Below, piece by piece: positions 14,447 to 26,141 of a stretch of 64,000 nucleotides of DNA. The notes under the pieces are model-generated. The model searched no databases. It had not been told where the DNA came from and saw only the letters and a program-made list of their open reading frames with translations. Position 1 is the first letter of the stretch, and every line of letters starts with the position of its first letter. A program made the position numbers and the translations under genes. The stretch is from Eledone cirrhosa (lineage: Eukaryota), in NCBI GenBank assembly GCA_964016885.1, contig OZ024741.1, positions 340,194,001 through 340,258,000 on the forward strand. Direction: 5' to 3'.

Positions 14447-14631
14447 CAGTGGAACTGGATTTAAAAATAAAGATAACAGAAGAGATACTATTTACAGTGA
14501 CAACTGGAGAAAACAAATTGCAAACATTGAACATTCCATTGACAGGAAATATTATATTTAGTGGTGAAGGTCTTGACTTGGCCCAGAAGGTTGTGGTATC
14601 ATTACATAATCCTCTTTGTAAATCGACCACT
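14447..14631 (+). CDS. Host gene exon 5 (TVELDLKIKITEE...NPLCKSTT)
   Basis: tagcag NAGNAG acceptor (14447 or 14450), act|gtaagt donor, phase 1-0; lies within ORF 14410-14646. Confidence 0.7.
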
Positions 14632-14780
14632 GTAAGTTTTTTTTAAATATGTATGTATAGATGTATGTATGTATGTATGTATGTATGTATGTATGTATGT
14701 ATGTATGTATGTATGTATGCATGTATGTATGCATGTATGTATGTGTGTATGTATATATTTATATACATATGTATGCATGT

Positions 14781-14836
<56 letters not shown>

Positions 14837-15579
14837 ATAAAAGTAACAAAGATCGCTGGTATTAAGTTAACATTCTCCGGCCAACGTCTAACTCACTCAA
14901 TGAATCTGCCGAATTGCAGTAATGCAGTTGCAATCAGCTGTTCAGAGTGCGCATATTTATTTAATAGCAGATTCGGTAGCTGTGTTTTGGTAGAGAGAAA
15001 GGTAAAAATCTCAACTCCTGGATGATATCATTTCTGTACAACATAACTTCACAAATGCATATAATTAGATCCTCAATATTCAGAAAGTCATGTAATATCA
15101 GCAGATATTTATATATATATATATATAATTTTTAAAATGGCAAACAGAGATACAAAAACAATTAATGTTCTTAAGTTCACGCTTAAGTATATATAATTAT
15201 ATATATACATACGAGGTGTGTCAGAAAAGTTCCAGGACTCGTATATAACAAGTGGAGAGATGCTGTGCTGAATAGGACCCGTCCAACCTTTGCAATCAGG
15301 GAAAAGAGGACGTAAAATGATGATGATGATAATGATGATCATGATCATGATTTATACATATTTACAATTATTTATAACACAACAAATCTAGATTGCCTAA
15401 GATGTATGTTTTCTTGTTGTCAATACATCAGTCCAGTCACTGATGAATTGATAACATTGAAACATGTATCTCTGGCAATCTATATCTGTTGAGTAATAAA
15501 TAATTGTACATCACAACTCAGATTAAGTACTCTACCAGCTTTGAGTATTTATTGCAAAATTTAGGATATACTATATATA

Positions 15580-16549
15580 TCTATATATATAAAATAGATT
15601 ATGTGTGCGTGTCTGTTTCTGCATAACTTCTACAACTTGCAATCGATTTTCTTCAAATTTGGCACAAACACGCATTATGCTCCTGACCTTCGTACAAACT
15701 CATTACATTTTCAAATTTGTGTCTACTGCGCCCTATATAAGAGAAAAAGTGACGCAAAAAATCATTTTTGTCAATAACTTCTACAGTTTACATCCGATTT
15801 CCTTCAAATTTGGAACAAACATGATAATGTTCCCAACTTTATTTTGGACACATAACATTTTGTTCCCCCTGGACTAGAAAAAGCGAAACACCTACAGTTT
15901 GCGACCGATTTCCTTCAAATTTGGAACAACTATGTTTCATGTACCAAATATTATTTTGTACTAACTAATTTTTCGAGTTTTTATCTATTTTGGACGCTGT
16001 GTAAGAAAAGCTAAATTTTAAAAAGTATTGATTCAATAATTCCTACAGTTTGCGGCCGATTTTATTCAAATTTGCTCCAATTATGCATTGTGTTTCGTTT
16101 AATATGTTTTACTCATAAAATTTTAGTTGTTTTGCCTACTGTAGCCCCTAGCAGCGGAAAATCAACTCAAACGGCCACCTCAATTGCATAGTTTACTGCT
16201 TGGTCCATGTGGGTTTATCGATTTCTCCCCACTGGCATAGCACGTGATGCACTGATGTTTAGTATAAAGAGTGCATTTCATAAGACATCGGTTGTACCAG
16301 AAAATGCTTAATTGGTGAAAAAGAGTCAGAACGGATCTATTGAAAAAGTCCCCACCAATGGTTAGCAACGATAACACCGGGTGTTAATGGTTTATTTTTT
16401 TCATCAAAGAAGTAGGGCACAAACTACAACCTATGTTTCCGCTCCATGTGCACAACTCACAATCATATTTGATTTTTTATTTATACGTGTTTCTACACTT
16501 TTGAAGTTTAATTTTTCCAATCCCATGCAACGCTGGTCTCCACTGCTAC
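15580..16549 (+). mobile_element. Non-autonomous Helitron-like element
   Basis: 5' TCTATATATATAAAA, internal ccgatttccttcaaatttgg repeats, 3' cccatgcaacgctgg hairpin remnant followed by CTAC (CTRR-like). Confidence 0.65.
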
Positions 16550-16985
16550 TCTATTTATAAATTTGAGTGACTTCCATCCGTCCTTCCGTCACACGCTAGA
16601 GATGACTGAGGAAGGAAGTGGTGATGACATCACACACTAGAGACAAGTGAGGAAGGAAGAGGTGATGACGTCATGAACTAGAGATGATTGAGGAAGGGAG
16701 GGGTGATGACGTCATGCACTAGAGATGATTGAGGAAGGGGTGATTACATCACGCACTAGAGATGATTGAGGAAGGAAGGGGTGATGGCATCACACATTAG
16801 AGATGATTGAAGAAGGAATGGGTGATGACGTCACCCATTAGAGACTTCTACACACTGAATATGGCCATTTCCCTGTGGTAGCAAAGTTTTATCCTTTTTC
16901 TGAATAAAAAAACTTTAGTCTTTGTAAGAATCACTTTGACGCCTGTTGCTTCTAGATTGTGTTTCCATGTCTGGAACTTTTCTAG
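16550..16985 (+). mobile_element. Second Helitron-like element with about 41 bp minisatellite (16597-16845, about 6 units)
   Basis: 5' TCTATTTATAAA, 3' CTAG-T; unit ctagagatgattgaggaaggaaggggtgatgacgtcacgca. Confidence 0.6.
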
Positions 16986-16999
16986 TTATATAATTTTGG

Positions 17000-18095
17000 C
17001 TATGAGAGCTAGATCAACAGCATACAGGACTTCCATGGATAACCCCTCTTGAATTCCTCTGTTATGGCCTGGAGTTGGCAACCATGTTAAAAACATTCAC
17101 TGATAATAGTCGGCTGTGGTTGAATTTCATGTACTTTTGCATGTCGTTTGAGCCCTCCTGCCGATCTACACTCTTTTCCACATGCTTGACAGGTATGATG
17201 AGTAGCACTAGCCTCACTTAATGACTGCGAAGATGACTTTTGAGTCCAGCTTTGCTGAGGCAGTGTCTCGCACAGACACTGCATGTCAGCACCATAGGAG
17301 GACTTCAACTTTCTGGAAATGTAACAACAATGCCTTTCTTCACATCCCTCTTTACTTTCTCGTATGCAATTCGAGATGCTTCAAAATCAACTTTCCCCTC
17401 ATGTACAGTCTTTCTCCATTTATTACAATCAGCAGCTTCACTTTCCTATTTATCAGCAGAGATGTTAGTGTCATTCAAGGAGGCTTTCAACAAATCCTTA
17501 TACCTCTTCATTGGTTTATGTGGAGGTCGTTTTCCTTTAACTAACTCTCCATAAAAGAGTTATTTTAGTATCCTAGAGTCCTTCATCCTAGCAAGGTGAC
17601 CTCTTCATTTGAGTTTTGCTTAAGCACAAGAGCTTCTATGCTTTCACACAGAGAGCTTTCCATAATCTCAACGTCACTGATGTGGTCCCTCCAGTGAACG
17701 CCATGGATCTGTCTGAGACACATCTGATGGAAACGTTCCAACTGTTTTAGGTGGTGTCGATATGTGACCCAGGTCTCACAGGCATAAAGAAGAGAAGAGA
17801 GTACACATGCCTTGTACACCTTTACCTTTGTCTTCTTGCATATGTCTTGCCGACCCCAGAGGCGCCTTTCTAGCTTTCTAAAAACATCACTTGCTTTCCT
17901 AATCCAGAGTGAAATTTCATTATCAAGACTGCTGTATCGATTGACAGTGCTTCCCAGGTAGACAAACTAATCAATCACTCCAAGTCGTTTACCATATACA
18001 TAGATATTTGGTTCATTGTGCTGCTTACCAGGGGCAGGCTGGTACAGGACAATGGTTTTCTTGAGACTGACAGTCAATCCTAGGGCAGGAGAATA
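17000..18095 (-). mobile_element. RTE/BovB-like LINE 3' part, degenerate
   Basis: YLGS, VYKACVLSSLLYACETW, LERFHQMCLR and C-terminal C2H2 CQACGKECRSAGGLKRHAKVH. Confidence 0.9.
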
Positions 18096-18100
18096 TCTAG

Positions 18101-18337
18101 GAGAATATCTATGCAGAACTAATGAAAAATCTGCAGATACTCCACCCTGATTTTACCTTCAGATTTATACCTGTGATTATTGGTGCTCTGGGATATGTTA
18201 GTAATTGCCTCAGTACAAATCTTGAGAAGCTGGGCTTCACAGAAACAGAAAGAACATGACTAGTTAGGAAATTACAAGTACAATCCATTAATGGAATAGT
18301 AAAAATATGTAAAACATTCCAAAAATTCTGCATTTAA
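18101..18337 (+). mobile_element. 3' end of an RLE-type (R4/Dong-like) non-LTR retrotransposon
   Basis: Manual translation YAELMKNLQILHPDFTFRFIPVIIGALG...KICKTF, typical of restriction-like endonuclease C-termini. Confidence 0.7.
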
Positions 18338-18990
18338 TAACTGATGTACACATGTACAGATACAAAGCAACTCAAAACATCCACATCCACACATATAATA
18401 ACATCCATACCTGCACACACATGCATGTATACATATTTACCTAGTTGATGTTGTGTAAATTCCAATGTGAGAGTCTTGTATCTATGTTAGAAACCGACTC
18501 TATCTCTATTGGTAAAAATCTATAAAATTATAAAACCAGAAGAACATACATACATGGCATATTTCTTTGCGTATTATATCACCCCTGTTTATGAAGCTAA
18601 AAATAAAAGGAATAGATTAAATACTTATCTATGTACAGCCATATGCATATTTCTATTTGTATGTGAAAAAAGTTTCAAGTTTTAAGAATCCAAAATGGCC
18701 AAAATTTGGTCTGGCTCAATAAAACAGAACCAACTATTTTAAACAGTTCCTATTTAAATTAAGATCTTCCAACATAACTTTATATAAATTATTATCCTCC
18801 AACATAATTTAATACAAGCCCATGAGTTAAGTTACTATCTTGGTATAGTAAATCCCTCAAAATTCTTCATTAGTTATTTGAAATAGAGTGTATTTAATTA
18901 GATGTATGGTGATGAATGGTTTGATAAGAATGTTAGAGTAATATTTTCTTGTGTTGTGACTTTCAACAGAGATATTCTATTGTTTTCTAG

Positions 18991-19081
18991 GTATATATAA
19001 AACTAACAAGGACAATAAATGATATGACAGAGACGAAAGAGACACAATTTTATAATTCTTGTCAAATGGAAATAAACAAAG
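18991..19081 (+). CDS. Host gene exon 6 (VYIKLTRTINDMTETKETQFYNSCQMEINK)
   Basis: ttttctag acceptor, aag|gtaggt donor, phase 0-1, which exactly bridges exons 5 and 7. Confidence 0.7.
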
Positions 19082-19474
19082 GTAGGTGTGCTCATTTATT
19101 CTCTTTTGTTTTGACTTTACACACACTCACTCACTCATACATACATACATACTGGCTGCATCTTGGCTTCAAGAATTGCCCCCTCTCACACATAGATGGC
19201 ACGAATGTGACTCTTTCACCTTTCCAAAGATTTACATTCCTTTCTGCGTATGTTGCTGTGATGAACATTGCTTCCACTTTGGTTCCCTGTTATGTTTTGG
19301 TAAGTTTTCAAATGTTATTGGTGTCCACTGGCTGAGACACTTGTTTTCCAAACTTCCAACAGGAAGAAATTCCAAAGAGACTAAATTCAGCAAGATTTTG
19401 TATATGGCTTCACTCATTGCATGTAAAGTCATTTTGAGCATCTGTAAATCCAGGTAAAGTAATATCGTGTAGAC

Positions 19475-19790
19475 CAGTGATTCCCAGCGTGGAGTGCACA
19501 CCACACAGGGGGTTATTTGAATATTTAAGAGAGCCATTTGAAGATGATTTTAATGAGAACAAACTACAGGTTTTACTTTATTACTTTTACACCAAGGCTA
19601 CTTTGGTGCTCATTACTGTCAGAGACTCCTCTCTCACCTCCTGCATATGTTATTATGCATTTGGCACCACTTATACACCTATTTGTTTACACTTTGCAGT
19701 TGAGCATTGTTTTTTTCATGTCAAAGCGGGAGATAACAATTTTTTAGATGTTGAGGTGGAGCATAGTGCACAAAAGGTTGGGAACCACAG
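19475..19790. mobile_element. hAT (Charlie-like) MITE
   Basis: TIRs CAGTGATTCCCA / TGGGAACCACAG with 8 bp TSD gtgtagac / atgtagac. Confidence 0.8.
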
Positions 19791-19864
19791 ATGTAGACCC
19801 TTATGCAGTCCACTCTTTAATTTTTTATGCTCCACATAACATTTTTCATACATACATACATACA

Positions 19865-20745
19865 TGATGGCTATCCCCTCGATATCGAGTATGGCCATTG
19901 CACGATATACCATTATTAATAATTATTAATTAATTCTATCATGCAATGTTTGTGCATGAAGATATTTTTTTAAAGTGAGGAAAGACTATGCACTGAACCA
20001 ATCCCACTCTCTGAGCGACAGTAGCCATAACACGAAAAGAAGAAAAGATCAGCATCATCGGTAACTAGAAGAACGCCCTGACAAAGGCTAGGGGTCCTTC
20101 ACTCCCAGTGGTTTAACTGCGCGATCGGGTATCTAACCCAACTATTTCTATGTACCTGTGCATATATATACACATGCACACATGCATATACATATATACA
20201 TATACATACATATGTACATGTGTACATGGTGGCTGCCAACTCGTTTTCAAGTACGGCCACTACTTTATATCCATGTAGGAGAACCCCTACCGATGCCCTG
20301 AACGAGTGTGACTTTTTAGTCCAGCCAGCGACTTGAAAACCCTGGTACAAACATTACACTTGTGACAATTATTGACACATAGTGCTGGGCCCATGGTACC
20401 ATGTGACGACAAGTGTAAAGAGATCTCCAGATATAAAGCAATGCCTGTGCCGTGAAGCTGTTATAGTGAGCAAAGGCACTGCACAAAGCAAGTCCCACTC
20501 TCTTAACCAAGATGATATTTACCAAAAAAAAAAGAACAAGTCAACATCATTGGATACCATCAGGGTTGCAGGTGTTATATCAGAGTTTTCCTTCTCCTAG
20601 AATTCTGCCTTGACAAAGGCTAAGGGGCCATCTCTCCCGGTGATTTTGGATGGCCATTGACTCTTAAGAGCTCCTTTGCCCTTTGACAGGTTTTGTTTTT
20701 AGTCCTGCAGGATGTCCAAAGTCACCCTCCTCACCAAGAAACCTT
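19865..20745. mobile_element. Interspersed repeat cluster, second copy at 54627-55225
   Basis: atcgagtatggccattgcacgatatacc...gacaaaggcta and ttttggatggcc...cctcctcaccaag blocks occur at both loci. Confidence 0.7.
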
Positions 20746-23395
20746 GTGTACATACATACATACATACATACATGCTGTATTACTTTGTGTATAATATTAC
20801 TTGAGTAAAATGTTGCCCTACTTATGAATTTAAAATAAAACAAGATGTATATGCATCCAGAATCATACATGTGTACATACAAGGAGATTACTTCACAACC
20901 AGATTGTTTCAGTCCTACTACACGTTATCTTGGTCAAGTGTCTTCACTCATAGCCATGAGTGGATGAATGTTGTGTGCAGAGGTGTTTTGTATCCTGTTA
21001 GTCAATAGATGCTTATCAAAATTGCAGCTGTAACATTTGGAAACTTTCTGTTTAGATAATTAGCAGAATTGTAAGTATGAAGTCCTTTACCGTTGAACCT
21101 AAATCTCATTTTATTCCTGTTCTTGTAAGGTCTATTGCTGAAATCAGTAACACATGGTTTTGTGGTAAAGGTGTTGGGCTCATGTTCAATTCCTAGTCTG
21201 CAGGTTAAGTCCTTAAGCAAGATACTTTACTCTACTTTGCTACAGTCCATTCAGCTAGAAAAAATTAGTTTCAATGACATTGGTGCCAGGCTGCATCGGT
21301 CTTTCCACTGGACAATTTCAGGGGCATGGCTAACAGAGGGTAACATACACAGGTAACTGCTGGCCTTCGACAAACAGCTTGCCCAATCTTGCACCTTAGA
21401 GAGGAACTTTCCAAGTGCAAACCCATGGTCAGTCATTTCCAAAGGAGCTTATATTCATCATCATCACCATCATCATTTCTATGTCTGCTTGCCACATTGC
21501 TATGGATTACAAGCGTTGTCACGGTTATGGCCTAGATCAATCTGAGTGACCTCATCTTGTTCATACATTCCATATTTAGCATTATTGCTAACTGGATGCC
21601 CTTCTTAATGCCAACCACTTTACATAGGGTATATTTTATCATAGCACCAACAATACCATTCTACAGTGTATTGAGTACATTTCATAGTGGCACCATCAAT
21701 ACAACTTTACAGAATTTACAGGGTGCATTTTATTATGGTACCAACACTACCATTTTACCAAATGTACAAGCTACATTTTATTGTGACATGTGGTACTAGA
21801 AAGGGTGTCCTGTGCTTGGCTAGACAGAAGTTTCCTCTCTACCTTATATAGTCGCTGTTCAATCGTCAACCAATTTACAGAGTGTACTGAGTACATTTTA
21901 TTAACACATCAGTACTACATACCGCCCGAATGCTGGTTCCATGATCAAAATGCTCCCAGCTCACTCTCTGAAGTGGTAGCGCTAGTGCCATGTTAAAACA
22001 CACCAAATACATGCTGTAAATTGGTTAGCACTAAGTAGGGCCTCCAGCTATAAGCCACAATTGAATCATATGAGCATGATGCTGTGACCTGACCAGTCTA
22101 ACCTATCTAGCCCATGCAAACATGGAAAACATATTTTAAATGGTGACAATGATGATTATATATATAAAAGGACCATGTAGCATTACAGTAGTAATAAATA
22201 GCAAAGTTGCACATGAAAAAAATCAAAGTATGTGGGCTGAATAAACAAAAGCATCTATCTTTCTTATCAGCCACACACTGCCTAATATTGAACCAAGGCT
22301 GCAAGACAGCTTAGTACAAACCACTGAAAAGATGCATGTGAGACAATACAACAACATAAAAGACAGGAGAGATCAAATAAATTCCTTTTGACTAGAGTAA
22401 CAAAGCAAGTATGTAAAACGATAAAAGTCTTACGACTAGAAACACGACAAGCTATGGTGCAGAAAAATGATGCTAATGATAATGCCAAAAGTAGAGAAAT
22501 ATGAATAGACATTTTCATCAAAAAGAAGAAGATATAGTGTGTGTGACAGAGAGAGAGGGAGGGACTGTTTTTACACAGTTAAGCAAGCAGTTATTTAATC
22601 AAAAAAGAGGTGCGTAGTAAGTAGCACATAAAAAGAAAACGAAATACATGGGACAAATGAACAAAAGCAACTATTTTCCTCAAGAGCCATCCACTGTAAT
22701 TTTGTGCATAAGAGAGGTATTACATAATATTGAACCTGATTTGCAAGACAGATTAGAACAAGCCACCAGAAAGATGCGTCTGAGACAACACAGCAACATA
22801 GAGACAGACGAGAACGAGTATCTTTCTGACTTTTTTGACTTGGACAGCAAACCGGGTATGTAAAAAAATAACAATAAAAAGTCTTTTTATTATTATTTGT
22901 ATACATACTCACTTTGTTGTCTTAGTCAAAAGACACTCACTTACCCCGCTCTATGTTGTTATGTTGTCTCATATGCACCTTTCCCATGGCTTCTTCTAAA
23001 CCATCATGATAATAATAATAATGAAATTATTGTTTACAGTGCTCAGGTGCACTACAACTCATCATAGGTGCATGTATAGTACATAGAATAATATACAAAT
23101 GGCAGCGAGGTGAATAGTGTATGAGTCATGATATACATGTGTGCATGCAATATTATTATGCAGTACTACCCGTATGCATGAAATTGCATTGACCAGAGTA
23201 TGGCTGGAAAGAACACAGCAATCATTTGCTTTGAACTATTTCTGCTTCACATTTGAAAAGAAATATAATGTTGAAATATACTGGGTAAAACATTACTTTG
23301 GTCTACCCTTTATATATTTTTACTACATTGTACTGGCTTTTTGAAACTTATCAGTTGTTTATTACATATCTCACACCTGCTTCATATTAACTATA

Positions 23396-23434
<39 letters not shown>

Positions 23435-23939
23435 ATATTTGGGGAGGGTCATATTGTAATAATATTGCCAGAATTAATAACAGAACACACTCACTCTTTG
23501 GTTGGTTTTCGTTTCTGTATCTTTTATATCAGTTAATTCATTCGGTCCTCAATGTTTACCATTGACTGACCAACGGTCAAAAATACAGATATAATATAGA
23601 CACAAACACATATATATAGTCTAACAAAGTTCTTTCGTTGCACATCTGCAACATTGTCATATATATATATGCAGAAAAATAATGCTCAGTTTAAATGAGA
23701 TAAAATGGATCCAGCTGCTGAAACAGCCAAAAACAGAGTGTACAAGGAAGACATAGTCATCTGACCTGTTTAGCCTCAGTAATTGATTATCCTTCTAACC
23801 CATGGAAAATAGGTGTTAAACTGTCATGATGATGATAATATATTGTCTTTTTGCTTTTTATATAATTTTGATATACAAGTATTATCTATAACCACATCTC
23901 AGTGAACATTGCTTGAAATAGATATTGTCTTCATTTCAG

Positions 23940-24145
23940 ATGATACTTCTTTAGTGATGGTGATGACAAATTCAACATCGACTTACTCAGAACTGCCCAT
24001 AGGATTACAATTAGATCATAAGAGATTCAATATAAAAGGCTTGAGACCTGGTCATACAGATATATTCCTGATAATAGGTCGTAAAATGACCTTTCAAAGT
24101 GTTTCAATGTCAGCTCCTGCAGCAAGTAACTGGGTTGTGTATATG
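23940..24145 (+). CDS. Host gene exon 7 (DDTSLVMVMTNST...ASNWVVYM)
   Basis: catttcag acceptor in phase 1; donor atg|gtaaat (alternative a|gtaact at 24125); lies within ORF 23909-24202. Confidence 0.7.
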
Positions 24146-24386
24146 GTAAATATCTTGCAAACTATTTTCACTAGCTCTGACAGTTTGGCAGGTGAACAGT
24201 GAGCTGTACTGATGAAGGGTGATACCCAGAAACATTAGTGTCTGCAGTTCTGTTCCCATGCCAACACAAGAGCAAGAATGAAGGGTTCATTCTACTAACA
24301 TGGCTATAATTTGCATAATTGCAAACGAATTGAATGTTGTTATTAATATTCGAAAAACTCAGATTACATATATATATATATATATA

Positions 24387-24535
24387 GAAGTAGTAACACA
24401 ACAGAGAACAATTGTTTCACCATATGGTGAATTGTTCTCGGTACGGTGAACTAACTATTGTGTTACTACTTCTACCAAACTCGACTCATCAACTGAGTGC
24501 TCTACCACTACGGATATTACCTTCCAGTGTTCTAC

Positions 24536-24538
<3 letters not shown>
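24387..24538 (+). mobile_element. Ultra-short head-to-head PLE stub in (TA)n, same family as 30413-30575
   Basis: IR agaagtagtaacacaa/ttgtgttactacttct plus about 65 nt extension; contains a GAAAcaattgtt hammerhead half on the - strand. Confidence 0.6.
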
Positions 24539-24603
<65 letters not shown>

Positions 24604-24733
24604 GTGAGGTTTTTTTTACAAAATGAAAAATAACCGAGGTGTCCTACACGAGTGAAAGTATAAAGAAAAAGAGATGAAATCGAAAATGCAACTGGAGTCT
24701 TATTTTTTTTTTAAATCTTATATTTATTTGGTT

Positions 24734-24771
24734 CCTTTACCGGTTTCGCAGTTCTTCTGCTTTTCAAAAGG
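24734..24771 (-). ncRNA. Minimal type I hammerhead ribozyme, U3-A8 variant
   Basis: ccuu-UUGAAAA-gcag/cugc-GAAA-ccgg-UA-aagg. Confidence 0.75.
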
Positions 24772-25325
24772 TGAGTTGAGATGGAGGGTCTGTGGTTTTT
24801 CTCACATCTGGTTGGTCTCTGAATGTTACTTGTTTTATATGGAAAAAGTGGCTCGAAATGCCAGGTTTTTCGAGAAGTAATTTGATTGGTTTGTCAATAA
24901 TTATAATAAATTTTGCGCCAGTTCGCGTCACAATAGTTCTTCAAATAAGATGGGGGGGGGGTTGTCACAGGTTGTTTTTTCATATATGAGTGTTTGAATT
25001 TCTTTTTACTTGAAAAAAGGAGGCTCACGAAGGCTTTTTTTTGGTTGGTTATAAATGAAATTATGGCTGTCACGTGAACAAATTTTCATTAAATGTTTGT
25101 GCCCTTATTTGGAAATCCATTCTGTAACCTTTTTAGAGAATTTTTTGATAAAAAGATAATGGACAAGAGAAAGGGATGGGAGAAGTGTTCTGGTTCAGTG
25201 AATATGGTTAGTTCGCTGGGGTGTCAGAATTCAGATTTTCTATTGAATAAAGAAAGTAAAGATATGTGTGTTTATTTGTGTGCTTGTGTGTGTGTGTGCG
25301 TGTGTGTGCGTGTGTGTGTGTGTGT

Positions 25326-25372
<47 letters not shown>

Positions 25373-25659
25373 AATTTCTTTACTTTAAAAAAAGGTGCCT
25401 CACGAAGGCTTTTTTTTAATAAACGTGATTTGATTGGTTATAAATGAAGTTTGGCTGTCATGTGAACAAGTTTTCATTACATTTTTGCGCCCTTATTTGG
25501 AAAACTATTCTGTAGTCTTTATAGCGAATGTTATGACAATGGAAAGATAGTGGTCAAGAGAAAAGGGATTGTTCTGGTTCAGTGAATATGGTTAGTTCGC
25601 TGGGGTGTCAGAGTTCAGATTTTCTATTGATATGTATGTTTATTTGTGTGCTTGTGTGT

Positions 25660-25702
<43 letters not shown>

Positions 25703-26141
25703 TATTGGAAGATGATTCTATTAGTAGAAATGGGGGAGGGAGTTGTGTGTGTGTGTATATATATGTTAGTAGGAAAGTGGTTCTATTAGTAGAAATGGGG
25801 AGGGATTTGTGGGTGTGGGGCTTGTTATGTGTGTGTATGGGTGTTATGTGTGTGGGAGTATGGTTAGCATGTTAAGATGAAGAGAATATATATATATATA
25901 TATATATTGTGTGTGTGTATGTGTGTGTGTGTATGTGTGTGTGTAGGAAAGTGATTCCTTTAGTAGGAATATTTTTGAATGAACATATTTTCCTTGCTTA
26001 TTCGTGTTTGCTGTTGTATTGTCAGTGCAAACGTATGTTAAGGTTTATTTAGTTTGGCTTTTTATTTTCTAAAGTAGAAGGTGTTATGTGTGTGTGTGTA
26101 TGTCATATTATGGTGTTGACATAATGTATATTAAAACTTAT

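Noticed and set aside
15209-15244. Mariner-like TIR fragment TACGAGG...CTCGTA
   Set aside because: Too short to support a call
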